Shown here piece after piece: positions 29,600 to 38,388 of a DNA stretch of 64,000 nucleotides. Each line of letters starts with the position of its first letter. Position 1 is the first letter of the stretch. The position numbers and the translations under genes were made by a program. The stretch covers positions 224,001 through 288,000 of the forward strand of contig OY969934.1 of the NCBI GenBank assembly GCA_963704725.1, read 5' to 3'. The stretch comes from an uncultured Actinomycetes bacterium (GTDB lineage Bacteria; Actinomycetota; UBA4738; HRBIN12). A model generated the notes under the pieces. The model was given only the letters and a program-made list of their open reading frames with translations. It was not told the origin of the DNA and made no database searches.

Positions 29600-30703
29600 A
29601 TGGACCGAGGCAGGGCGCGGGACCTTGGGGTCGTGATCGGGACGATCCCCACGGGGCCCCGCAACGCGATCACCGACGTCGTCGGCGTCCGGGTTGGGCA
29701 CGCCACGGTCGTTCGCGAGCCGGTCCCGGGCGGCCCGGGCGCCGTTCGCACCGGCGTGACGGCGGTGTTCCCGCACGAGGGCCTTCCCTGGGTCGAGCGC
29801 GTCTACGCCGGCACGCACGTGCTGAACGGCTACGGCGAGATGATCGGCATCAACCAGGTGAACGAGTGGGGGCTCCTCCACTCGCCGATCGTGCTCACCA
29901 GCTCGCTGGCGATCGGCCGCGCGTACGACGCGACGGTGCGCTGGCGGTCGGAGCGATTCGCCACGACGACGAGCGAGGGCGGCGACATGCCGTTCGTGTC
30001 CGAGTGCGACGACTCGTTCCTGAACGACGTCACGTCGTTCCCCCTCTCGGATCGCGACGTCTTCGAGGCGCTCGACGCCGCTGCCGACGGCGACGTCGCC
30101 GAAGGATGTGTCGGCGCCGGCACCGGGATGCAATGCATGGACTTCAAGGGCGGGATCGGCACGGCCTCGCGGGTCGTCCCCTCTGGGTTCACCGTGGGCG
30201 CGCTCGTCCTGACGAACTTCGGCGAGCGCGAGCTGCTCCGGATCGACGGCGTCCCCGTGGGCCGCGAGATCACCGACCTGATGCCCGAGGAGCACGTCGA
30301 GGGCTCGTGCGTGGTCGTCGTGGCGACGGACGCGCCGATGATCCCGCATCAGATCCGCCGCCTCGCGATGCGCGGCGCGCTGGGCCTGGCGCGGTGTGGC
30401 TCGACCGCCCACAACGGCTCGGGAGAGCTGATGGTCGCGTTCTCGACGGCGAACCGGATCCCTCTGGAGACGCCCGACGGGCTGCTCGACGTGCGGGCGA
30501 TCCTCGACGGCGCGTCGGGGTCGGGCCCGGCGCCGATGAACGACCTCTTCGCTGCCACCGTCGAGGCCGTCGAGGAGGCGGTCCTGAACGCGCTGTTCGT
30601 CGCGACGACCACCACGGGGCGCGACGGCCACGTGCTCCACGCGCTCCCGCTCGAGCGGACGCTCGGAGTCCTCGCCCGCCACGGGCGACCCATCTCACCG
30701 TAG
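29600..30703 (+). CDS. DmpA/P1 family peptidase (S58)
   Basis: NAITDVVGVRVGH, ECDDSFLND, GAGTGM...KGGIGTASR, GSGEL autoprocessing site. Confidence 0.93.
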   Translation: MDRGRARDLGVVIGTIPTGPRNAITDVVGVRVGHATVVREPVPGGPGAVRTGVTAVFPHEGLPWVERVYAGTHVLNGYGEMIGINQVNEWGLLHSPIVLTSSLAIGRAYDATVRWRSERFATTTSEGGDMPFVSECDDSFLNDVTSFPLSDRDVFEALDAAADGDVAEGCVGAGTGMQCMDFKGGIGTASRVVPSGFTVGALVLTNFGERELLRIDGVPVGREITDLMPEEHVEGSCVVVVATDAPMIPHQIRRLAMRGALGLARCGSTAHNGSGELMVAFSTANRIPLETPDGLLDVRAILDGASGSGPAPMNDLFAATVEAVEEAVLNALFVATTTTGRDGHVLHALPLERTLGVLARHGRPISP

Positions 30704-30813
30704 GGAGAAGGTCCCGGGTCCTGGGGGTTCCACAACTGCGGAACGGGGCCCTTCGGCTCCCTTCTCGCGACGCTTCCGTGCCGAACCTGAACGCGAGAGG
30801 GGGTCGCGTTCAG

Positions 30814-32079
30814 ATGAAGACGTTCAGAGCGTTCGTCGCCGCCACGATCCTGCTGTCGGTGACCTGGGTATCGCAGGGAGTTGCAGGCGCGAAGGGAGGG
30901 CCACCACCACCACCACCACCACCGGCCGGGTCCGTGGAGATCGTGTTCGCGACCGGCCTTGACCACGGACCCGTCCAATCCACGGTTCCGGGGCTCCACC
31001 AGACCGATGCGCCCGGCGCGGTCATGGAGTGGCAGACGTCGGTGACCAGGACCGGAGCCGGCGGCTACCACGCGGTGGGCGGCAACGTGCAGGGCGACCA
31101 CACCATCGACAACCTCACCAGGGCCTTGCCGCTCGGCGGACTCGAGGTGTGGGCGGGTGGGGCCTACCGCTTCCGTTCGTTCCCCTCCACGAGCGCACAG
31201 GTGTGGCTCCTGGCCGCCGTGCCCACCGACGGCGTGCTCGGCGCGGACGACAAGCCGGTCATCACGATCGGCTCCTCCGGACGTCTCCGCCTGTCCGGGA
31301 GCAACTCTGCTTCGACGAACTTCGTGCAGAGCCAGACCGTGCTCGCCAGGGACCACTGGTACGACCTGGTGCTCCACGGGAAGAACGGCGTCTCGCAGAC
31401 GCAGCAGCTCTACATCTACGACGGGCAGACGGACGCGCTGCTGGAGCGGCTGGACCTCACCCTCACGGTCGCCGGTTCCTTCCGCAATCGCCTGACCAAG
31501 TGGGGGTTCGGAACCTCGCAGGACTCGACCGGGCTCGAGTACTACCTCGACGACATCTTCCACGCTCGTGGTGCCGTGAACCCCGGGCCGGTGCGGGTGT
31601 TCACCAGGACGCCCACGGGCACGACGACGACGGGGTTCGCCTCGGTCGGGACGGCGACCGGCAACGACGCGGTCGATGACTGCGCCCCGGACGCCGACTC
31701 CACCTACATCGCGAGCGCGGCGGACGCAGGATCCCACGCCGCGACGTTCGCGCTGGCTCAGGTCCCGCTCAGCGCGGGGAGCGGCGTCTACACGGTCCAG
31801 GTGTTCTCGGTCGGTCGCAGCGCCGCGAGCCGTTCGCTGAGCGCTCAGGTCGGGGTGTCGATCGGCGGTGTGGACTCGACGACCCCCGTCCTGCTGGGCA
31901 GCCAGTACGAGGTGCGACGGACCGTCTTCTCCGCCAACCCGGTGAGCGGGCAGTCCTGGACCATCGCGGTCGCCAACGCGTTCTCGGGCGTCGTCAAGGA
32001 CGCCGACGCCGCCGCCGACCAGATGCGCTTCACCACGCTGTGGTGGGAGGTCGTCGCCGGGAGGCCCTCCGCGGCCTGA
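30814..32079 (+). CDS. Secreted hypothetical beta-rich protein (signal peptide, poly-Pro linker, two probable jelly-roll-like domains)
   Basis: MKTFRAF... signal peptide, GGPPPPPPPPAG, high-GC3 codon usage, GAGGGGG RBS. Confidence 0.75.
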   Translation: MKTFRAFVAATILLSVTWVSQGVAGAKGGPPPPPPPPAGSVEIVFATGLDHGPVQSTVPGLHQTDAPGAVMEWQTSVTRTGAGGYHAVGGNVQGDHTIDNLTRALPLGGLEVWAGGAYRFRSFPSTSAQVWLLAAVPTDGVLGADDKPVITIGSSGRLRLSGSNSASTNFVQSQTVLARDHWYDLVLHGKNGVSQTQQLYIYDGQTDALLERLDLTLTVAGSFRNRLTKWGFGTSQDSTGLEYYLDDIFHARGAVNPGPVRVFTRTPTGTTTTGFASVGTATGNDAVDDCAPDADSTYIASAADAGSHAATFALAQVPLSAGSGVYTVQVFSVGRSAASRSLSAQVGVSIGGVDSTTPVLLGSQYEVRRTVFSANPVSGQSWTIAVANAFSGVVKDADAAADQMRFTTLWWEVVAGRPSAA

Positions 32080-32113
32080 CGAGCGGTGATCTCGAGGATG
32101 ACGGTCCGATCCA

Positions 32114-33304
32114 TCACGGCCGCTCGAATCGGAGCGGATCGAACGGTGAGGGGTCGAACGGTGGAGCCTCGCCCAGAACGATCGATCGGACGAGCTGCGC
32201 GGTGCCCGCTCCGAGGATGACGCCCTCGGAGCCGTGACCGCTCGCGAGGACCAGGCCGTCGGTGACGCGACCGATCAGGGGGCGCTCGTCGGGCGAAAGC
32301 GGGCGGACGCCCGACCACGTCGCGACGATCGGCGCGTCGGCGAGGGCGGGGACCAGACGGATCGCCTGGCGCGCCACCGACCGCGGCACGTCGAGCCCGA
32401 AGGCATCGGCGGCGAGCGCCGGCTCTCGCGAGGAGCCCGCGACGACGGAGCCGTCCGGGGCGGGCTGGATCATGGGCGACAGGTCCCGGGTCTCCGCGGC
32501 CTCGACGAACGCTCCCATCGCGACCGTGTTCGGCGGGGGCTCCCGGGCGGCGACCGCCTCGTTCCCCGCGAGCAGCCGGCGCGCGCCGCTCTGGATCCAG
32601 TGCCGGACCAGCGGCCGCCCCGGCATCGCCTGCACGAGCCAGCCGCGCGCCCCGGTGATCGGCAGCGCGAGCCCCAGCGGCCGGACGAGGGCCGCCGACC
32701 ACGGGCCGGCGGCCAACACGACGATGTCGCCCGGGACGGGTCCGTCGTCGGTCATGACGCCCACGACGCGGTCGTCGCGCGCGATGAGCCGCCGAGCCGG
32801 CGTGTGGTGCCGGACCGAGGCGCCGTTCCTCCCGGCCTCGGCGGCGAGGCACACGGTGAGGGCCGTGGGGTCCACGCGCCTCCCCTCGTGGAGCAGCCAC
32901 GCCTCGAGCACGCCGGGTGAGAGCTCGGGCTCAAGCTCGCGCAGCGCTGGGCCCTCGACGGCCTCGACCTCGACCCCCACCGCCGTCGCGGAGGCCACCC
33001 ACGCCGCGAGGTCATCGACCTCGTCCTCGTCGAGGGTCACCGCGAGCGTGCCGAGCGGTGCGCCATCGAGGAAGACCGGGAACGGCGCCCGGTCGACGGC
33101 TTCCCCGTACACGGCGAGGCCGGCCCGGGCGAGCGGGGCGAGGACGGGATCCTTGGAGGTGTCGAGATAGCCGAGGTTCCGGCCCGACGCGCCGGCCGCG
33201 AGCTCGTCCTTCTCCAGGAGCGTGACCGAGGCCCCGGCGCCCGCGAGCTCCCGCGCGCAGGCGGCGCCGATGATCCCTCCGCCCACCACGATCACGTCCG
33301 GCAT
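32114..33304 (-). CDS. FAD-dependent oxidoreductase, DAO/glycine oxidase family
   Basis: VVGGGIIG, GASGRN, WSGVRPLSPD, GHGSEG. Confidence 0.92.
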   Translation of the reverse strand: MPDVIVVGGGIIGAACARELAGAGASVTLLEKDELAAGASGRNLGYLDTSKDPVLAPLARAGLAVYGEAVDRAPFPVFLDGAPLGTLAVTLDEDEVDDLAAWVASATAVGVEVEAVEGPALRELEPELSPGVLEAWLLHEGRRVDPTALTVCLAAEAGRNGASVRHHTPARRLIARDDRVVGVMTDDGPVPGDIVVLAAGPWSAALVRPLGLALPITGARGWLVQAMPGRPLVRHWIQSGARRLLAGNEAVAAREPPPNTVAMGAFVEAAETRDLSPMIQPAPDGSVVAGSSREPALAADAFGLDVPRSVARQAIRLVPALADAPIVATWSGVRPLSPDERPLIGRVTDGLVLASGHGSEGVILGAGTAQLVRSIVLGEAPPFDPSPFDPLRFERP

Positions 33305-33347
33305 CGCCCGAAGACTACCGGCGGGCGCGTTCCGTAGAATCGCTCCC

Positions 33348-33439
33348 GGAGACGTGGCTGAGTGGCCGAAAGCAGCCGCCTGCTAAGCGGTTAGGGGGAT
33401 AACACTCCCTCACAGGTTCGAATCCTGTCGTCTCCGCCA
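33348..33439 (+). tRNA. tRNA-Ser(GCT)
   Basis: GGAGACG/CGTCTCC acceptor stem, CT-GCT-AA loop, long variable arm, CCA; TAGAAT -10 at 33335. Confidence 0.97.
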
Positions 33440-33480
33440 CAGCTCCCGGCCGTTCCCGTCTTGTGCTGAAATGGGGTGCG

Positions 33481-34095
33481 ATGGGGGCTTCGAAAGCGTC
33501 GTTGAGGGTCCTCGTCGCGGACGGGCGGCCGGAACGGATGGACGAGGTCGGCCGCACCGTGGCGAGCCTCGGACACGAGGTGATCGCCCGGCAGGGCGAC
33601 CTGGCCGAGATCCGGCGGGCCACGGCGGTCGAGCGTCCGGACCTGGCCGTGGTGATCGTGGGCGAGAGCTCCGACGACGCGCTCCGGGCGATCGACCGGA
33701 TCGTGCAGGAAGCGGCGTGTCCCGTGATCGCGGTGCTTGACGTGCAGGACCGGGCGTTCGTCGAGCAGGCGGCGCGGCGAGGCATCTTCGCCTACATCAG
33801 TGGCGGGCAGGACCCGGTCGAGCTGCAGAGCTCGATCGACGTGACCCTGCAGCGGTTCGCGGAGTATCAGAACCTCGAGGGCGCCTTCGGCCGCCGGGCC
33901 ATCACCGAGCGGGCCAAGGGCATCCTGATGGAGCGGCACGGGATCGACGAGCACGCGGCGTTCGAGATGCTCCGCGACCACGCGCGCCGCAACGGGAAGA
34001 AGGTCGTCGACGTGGCCGAGGCCGTCGTCGCGAGCTTCCGGCTCCTGCCGGCCGGGGAGGCGGAGGGCGCCGGTCCCGGCGAGCCGTCGATCTAA
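33481..34095 (+). CDS. ANTAR-domain protein with (pseudo)receiver domain
   Basis: RRAITERAKGILMERHGIDEHAAFEMLRDHAR ANTAR motif; N-terminal receiver-like fold. Confidence 0.92.
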   Translation: MGASKASLRVLVADGRPERMDEVGRTVASLGHEVIARQGDLAEIRRATAVERPDLAVVIVGESSDDALRAIDRIVQEAACPVIAVLDVQDRAFVEQAARRGIFAYISGGQDPVELQSSIDVTLQRFAEYQNLEGAFGRRAITERAKGILMERHGIDEHAAFEMLRDHARRNGKKVVDVAEAVVASFRLLPAGEAEGAGPGEPSI

Positions 34096-35021
34096 CCCGA
34101 CCCGCGCGCGGCGCGACGCTCTTCGTAGTGCGTGGCCATGGCGTCGAGCATCGTCAGGTAGGTGGCGATCCCGTCGCGCGCCTGCTCGGCCTCTTCGGAC
34201 AGGCCGGTCAGCTCGTCGATCTTCCAGTGCGTGAACAGGATCGGCAGGACGACCTCGTCGTGGTGGATGCGGAGGTCGTAGATCCCCGCCTTGGCGATCT
34301 CGATCGCCTTCTGCTTGAACTCGGGGATGTCGAGTCCCGGCATGGCGAACCCCGTGACCTGGCGGTTGATCGCCAGCAGCATCTCCGACGGCGCGATCTC
34401 CAGGGCGGCCTTGCCGAGCTCCCGGTAGAAGACGTAGTGGAGGTTCTCGTCGGTGGCGATCCGGGCGGTCAGCTTCTCGATCAGGGGGTCCTGCGTGAAC
34501 GTGCCGGTGTTGCGATGCGCGATCCGCGTGGCGAGCTCCTGCAGCGTGGTGTACACGACGCCGTCGAGCGGGTCGAAGGACCCCTCGTGGCCGTCCGGGT
34601 AGTAGCCGCGCGAGACCTGGTCCATCCGACCGCGCTCCAGCACGACCGGGTCGGCGCCTCGCGTGACCGTCAGGTAGTCGCGCAGGACGATGGCGTGCCG
34701 GCCCTCCTCGGCCGTCCACCGCCGGACCCACTCACCCCACGGCCCGCCGCGCCCGAACATCTCCCACAGCGCGAGGTGGTAGTAGGGCAGGTTGTCCTCG
34801 GTCAGCAGGTTCACCTCGAGCGCGGTTCGGGAGACGATGCCGAGCGCGCTGTCGGTCTCCTCCCAGGGCTCGTCCTGGTAGTTGCGGCCGACCTCGTACG
34901 GGACGTACTCGTGCGGGAACCACTCGGTGGCGGCCGACAGGTGCCGCTGCAGGCCGCGGAGCATGGTCGGCTCGAGCAGCTTCAGCATCTCGGCGGGCGG
35001 GGTCGGTCGGGGGTTCGTCAT
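34092..35021 (-). CDS. Soluble acyl-ACP desaturase (DesA-like di-iron protein)
   Basis: NLLTEDNLPYY, WTAEEGRH, QELATRIAH, DENLHYVFY. Confidence 0.93.
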   Translation of the reverse strand: MTNPRPTPPAEMLKLLEPTMLRGLQRHLSAATEWFPHEYVPYEVGRNYQDEPWEETDSALGIVSRTALEVNLLTEDNLPYYHLALWEMFGRGGPWGEWVRRWTAEEGRHAIVLRDYLTVTRGADPVVLERGRMDQVSRGYYPDGHEGSFDPLDGVVYTTLQELATRIAHRNTGTFTQDPLIEKLTARIATDENLHYVFYRELGKAALEIAPSEMLLAINRQVTGFAMPGLDIPEFKQKAIEIAKAGIYDLRIHHDEVVLPILFTHWKIDELTGLSEEAEQARDGIATYLTMLDAMATHYEERRAARGSG

Positions 35022-35380
35022 CGGGGATCCCCTTCGTCGGGATCGGCGTCCCCGCGGCGAGGATCCGCGCGCAGGGCCATCCGCCTGCCGTCGGCGAGGA
35101 ACTTCTCCACCACGGCGAACCGACCGTTCTCCGAGATCAGCCGGTCGATCTCGGGGTTCTCGTGGTCGAGCGCGATGGCGAAGTGCGTCCCGACGGTGCG
35201 AACCTGCTCGTACTCGTTCCGCGTGAGCTCCAGCAGGGACGGACAGCCGGGGAAGCTGCATTCACAGACGTAGCTGTGTGCCGGATGGTCGTCGCCGAAC
35301 TCGTCGTTGGCTCGTTCGATCCACTCGTTGCGGTCGCGCGAGCGCAACTCATACGCCACCGCCTGCTCGCGCCAGTCCAT
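35018..35380 (-). CDS. Hypothetical protein with CECxxxxC...HE motif
   Basis: Overlaps the desaturase start by 4 nt (ATGA); YVCECSFPGC and FAIALDHE. Confidence 0.75.
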   Translation of the reverse strand: MDWREQAVAYELRSRDRNEWIERANDEFGDDHPAHSYVCECSFPGCPSLLELTRNEYEQVRTVGTHFAIALDHENPEIDRLISENGRFAVVEKFLADGRRMALRADPRRGDADPDEGDPR

Positions 35381-35539
35381 GGGTGCCCTTCAACATCGAA
35401 CGTTCAGCCGAGTGTTGGGGCTGATCCGATGCGGCCGGTGGCTGGGGCCGTGGATCCGCTCACGGTACGTGAGCACCTCGAGTATACGAGGACCGTGGTA
35501 CGTTGCATAGACGGTCTACCTCTTCGAAAGGGGCCGGCG

Positions 35540-35671
35540 ATGGCCAACAAGGACAAGGGCGGCTCGAAGAGCTCGAAGACCGCGGCGAGCAAGTCGCTGA
35601 AGGAGAAGCGCCAGGCCAAGAAGGACAAGGCCGCCCGGGCTTCCTCCTCGCACCTCTCGACCGGCAAGTAG
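35540..35671 (+). CDS. 43-aa Lys/Ser-rich microprotein MANKDKGGSKSSKTAASKSLKEKRQAKKDKAARASSSHLSTGK
   Basis: AAAGGGG RBS, AAG-rich codons, paralog at 20029-20160. Confidence 0.8.
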   Translation: MANKDKGGSKSSKTAASKSLKEKRQAKKDKAARASSSHLSTGK

Positions 35672-35681
35672 CCCGGTCGTG

Positions 35682-35987
35682 CTACGTGATCGGCGTCGCG
35701 ACCTGTGTGGCGTCCACGAACGTGATCGTGAACGGGGGCAGTCCGAGCTTGGTCCACAGCCCCTGGGCGCGGTCCCGCAGGGCCCGTTCGGCCTCGGAGC
35801 GCGCGGCCATGTCGGTCGTCCCTCCCACGGTCACCTGAACGAGGACGTTCCCTCCATCCCCGCGGGTGAGGACGGGGAGCACGCCGCCCGACGTCAGCAG
35901 ATCGGTGAGCTCGCGGATGCCGTCGTCGCTCAGAGCGCCGCCGTCGTCACGAGCGATCTCCAGGCGAACCACCCACGTTCTGCGCAT
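35682..35987 (-). CDS. Hypothetical protein
   Basis: Good codon bias; TAGAAT 7 nt upstream of ATG. Confidence 0.65.
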   Translation of the reverse strand: MRRTWVVRLEIARDDGGALSDDGIRELTDLLTSGGVLPVLTRGDGGNVLVQVTVGGTTDMAARSEAERALRDRAQGLWTKLGLPPFTITFVDATQVATPIT

Positions 35988-36037
35988 CGAGGCGATTCTA
36001 GCCGGGGTGCCGCAGCCACAGACCGGAAGGCGGACCG

Positions 36038-36691
36038 ATGAGCGGAACCTCCAGGATCCCGATGCGGAACTACCTCGTCCCCGTGGTCGTCGAGCAGACC
36101 TCGCGTGGGGAGCGCTCGTTCGATATCTACTCCCGCCTGCTGAAGGACCGGATCGTGTTCCTCGGCACGCCGATCGACGACAACGTGGGCAACCTCATCA
36201 TGGCCCAGCTCCTGCATCTGGAATCCGAGGACCCCGACAAGGACGTGAACCTCTACATCAACTCACCGGGCGGGGACATCACCGCGCTGTTCGCGATCTA
36301 CGACACGATGCAGTACATCCGCTGTGACGTCTCGACCACCGTGATGGGTCAGGCGGCGTCCGCCGCCGCCGTGCTCGCGCTCTCCGGGACCAAGGGCAAG
36401 CGCTTCGCGCTGCCGCACTCCCGCATCCTGCTGCACCAGCCGCATGGCGGAGCGGAGGGCCAGGCCGTCGACATCGAGATCCAGGCGAGGGAGATGACCC
36501 GCTACCGCAAGCTGCTCGAGCAGCTGATCTCTGAGCACACGGGCCAGCCCCTCGAGATCGTGGCCAGGGACACGGACCGCGACTTCATCCTCACCGCCGA
36601 GGCCGCCGTCGAGTACGGCGTCGTCGACGAGATCATCACGTCCCGCGGTCTGGCGCCCGAGCTCGCCTCGGTGGCCGGCGCGAGCCCGTAG
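36038..36691 (+). CDS. clpP: ATP-dependent Clp protease proteolytic subunit
   Basis: [24 protein letters not shown] catalytic Ser, LHQP. Confidence 0.97.
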   Translation: MSGTSRIPMRNYLVPVVVEQTSRGERSFDIYSRLLKDRIVFLGTPIDDNVGNLIMAQLLHLESEDPDKDVNLYINSPGGDITALFAIYDTMQYIRCDVSTTVMGQAASAAAVLALSGTKGKRFALPHSRILLHQPHGGAEGQAVDIEIQAREMTRYRKLLEQLISEHTGQPLEIVARDTDRDFILTAEAAVEYGVVDEIITSRGLAPELASVAGASP

Positions 36692-36761
36692 CCACCCCCC
36701 GAGGACCGAGGCCGGGTCGGGTCGCTAGACTGGTGAGCTGCTCGCGTTCTCGCGAGCGCGG

Positions 36762-36834
36762 GCGCCGGTAGCTCAATGGATAGAGCATCTGACTACGGAT
36801 CAGAAGGTTGGGGGTTCGACTCCCTCCCGGCGCG
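36762..36834 (+). tRNA. tRNA-Arg(ACG), CCA not encoded
   Basis: GCGCCGG/CCGGCGC stem, CT-ACG-GA loop, GGTTCGACTCC. Confidence 0.96.
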
Positions 36835-36876
36835 CTGAACGGGCCCCAGGTCGATCGATCGGACAATCTCGCCGAC

Positions 36877-37920
36877 TCAGGCCGCCCCTGCCACAGCGGT
36901 CGGAGCCGGGCGGACCTGGTTGCGACCGTTCCGCTTCGCCGCATACAGGCGAGCGTCCGCATCTCGGAACACCGCGTCGTAGACGAAGGGCGCTCCGGGC
37001 GCGGAGGCAGCCACGCCGAAGCTCATCGTCACGCGGTGTCCTCCGAGGGGGCCGGCCGCGACCGCCGCGCGCAGGCGCTCTGCCACGAGCACGGACCCCT
37101 CGAGGTCGGCGCCCGGAAGCAGCACGAGGAACTCCTCTCCACCGAGGCGATAGGACAGGTCGAACGCTCGGAGCTGCTTGCGCATCTCGTAGGCGACGTC
37201 CTTGAGGACGGCGTCACCGACGGCGTGCCCGTACGTGTCGTTGATCCGCTTGAAGCGATCGAGGTCTCCCACGATCAACCCGATCGGCTGCGCAGTGATC
37301 CTCGACTGCTGCTCGAGCTCGGCCTGTCGACGCGCGAGCGCGGTCCGGTTGAGCATCCCGGTCAGCGAGTCGAGCACCGCTTCCGCTCGGTACTTGACCT
37401 CGGACCGCATCAGGACCATCTGGAACAGGGCCACGCACGCGATGAGGGCGACGGGCGCGATCAGCAGCGGGGGGTCGTCGAGCACCGCCTGGGCGTTCAC
37501 CCCGAAGGCGACGGCGGTGATCAGGGCGACCGAGATGCCCACTCCGAGCACGATGCCGCGCTCGGAGAACCGGGCACCGAGCGTCAGGACCGGAACCGCG
37601 AACCACGCCATCGTCGGCACCAGCGGCCCTCCGGAGATCGCGACGCTGATCGCCATGATCACCTGCGACGTCGTCCACGCGGCGAACAGGGCGTATTCAG
37701 GTCGCTTCGAGTGCTCGATCCTGGTCTCGGCCAGGCGGAACGCGATCGCCGCCAGAACCAGCGGCACGATCGTCCACCAGCCGAGCCACGGACCCGAGGC
37801 AAGGAGGGCGAGGCCGAGGACGCCGATCGAGGCTCGTCGGACGGGTTGGAGCAGGCGGTCCATCTCGAGCATGCGTTCGCGGTCCGCGTCCCGTGGGACC
37901 AGCCAGGATCCGTCGCCCAT
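36877..37920 (-). CDS. Membrane-bound diguanylate cyclase
   Basis: TM region, DLDRFKRINDTYGH, RLGGEEF with RAFD I-site. Confidence 0.94.
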   Translation of the reverse strand: MGDGSWLVPRDADRERMLEMDRLLQPVRRASIGVLGLALLASGPWLGWWTIVPLVLAAIAFRLAETRIEHSKRPEYALFAAWTTSQVIMAISVAISGGPLVPTMAWFAVPVLTLGARFSERGIVLGVGISVALITAVAFGVNAQAVLDDPPLLIAPVALIACVALFQMVLMRSEVKYRAEAVLDSLTGMLNRTALARRQAELEQQSRITAQPIGLIVGDLDRFKRINDTYGHAVGDAVLKDVAYEMRKQLRAFDLSYRLGGEEFLVLLPGADLEGSVLVAERLRAAVAAGPLGGHRVTMSFGVAASAPGAPFVYDAVFRDADARLYAAKRNGRNQVRPAPTAVAGAA

Positions 37921-38022
37921 ACCCGCGACGTCGGCCTCCAGACGACGGCCTTAAGTCCTGGCAGGGGGCCGGCCGCGCCCGCCCGTGCCTGCCGTGGACC
38001 GGGATCCGTCCGACGGCCGGGG

Positions 38023-38361
38023 CTATTCCAGCTTGAAGTCGCCTGGGGCGGCCTCGGATGCCGAACCGGTGGCCGGCTCCGGCGCCTCGCTCGCGGCGGG
38101 GGCCTCCGAGGCGGCCGGTGTCTCGCTGGTCTCCTCGGCGATCTTGGCCTCGAGGTCCTTGATCTCGGCGACGAGGGCGTCCGCCTCCGCACCGCCCCCG
38201 GTGCCCTCCCTGACGACGAGGTAGCCGAGCCGCTTGGCGGCGTCGTCGGCCTTCCGCCGGAGCTGGGCGTCCCCGACCTTCTCCTTGATCTGCGCCGTGC
38301 CCTTCTTGGCCTCGGTCGCGGCCTTCTCGGCCGCCGCCTTGACCTTGTCCATCAGTCCCAT
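38023..38361 (-). CDS. Hypothetical helical/coiled-coil protein with acidic Ala/Pro tail
   Basis: GGAGGAGG RBS, strong codon bias. Confidence 0.75.
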   Translation of the reverse strand: MGLMDKVKAAAEKAATEAKKGTAQIKEKVGDAQLRRKADDAAKRLGYLVVREGTGGGAEADALVAEIKDLEAKIAEETSETPAASEAPAASEAPEPATGSASEAAPGDFKLE

Positions 38362-38388
38362 GGCGCCTCCTCCTCCGCTCTCGCCGTC

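Noticed and set aside
30901-30924. (CCA)n microsatellite as a phase-variation tract
   Set aside because: In-frame triplet encoding a poly-Pro linker; length changes would not shift the frame
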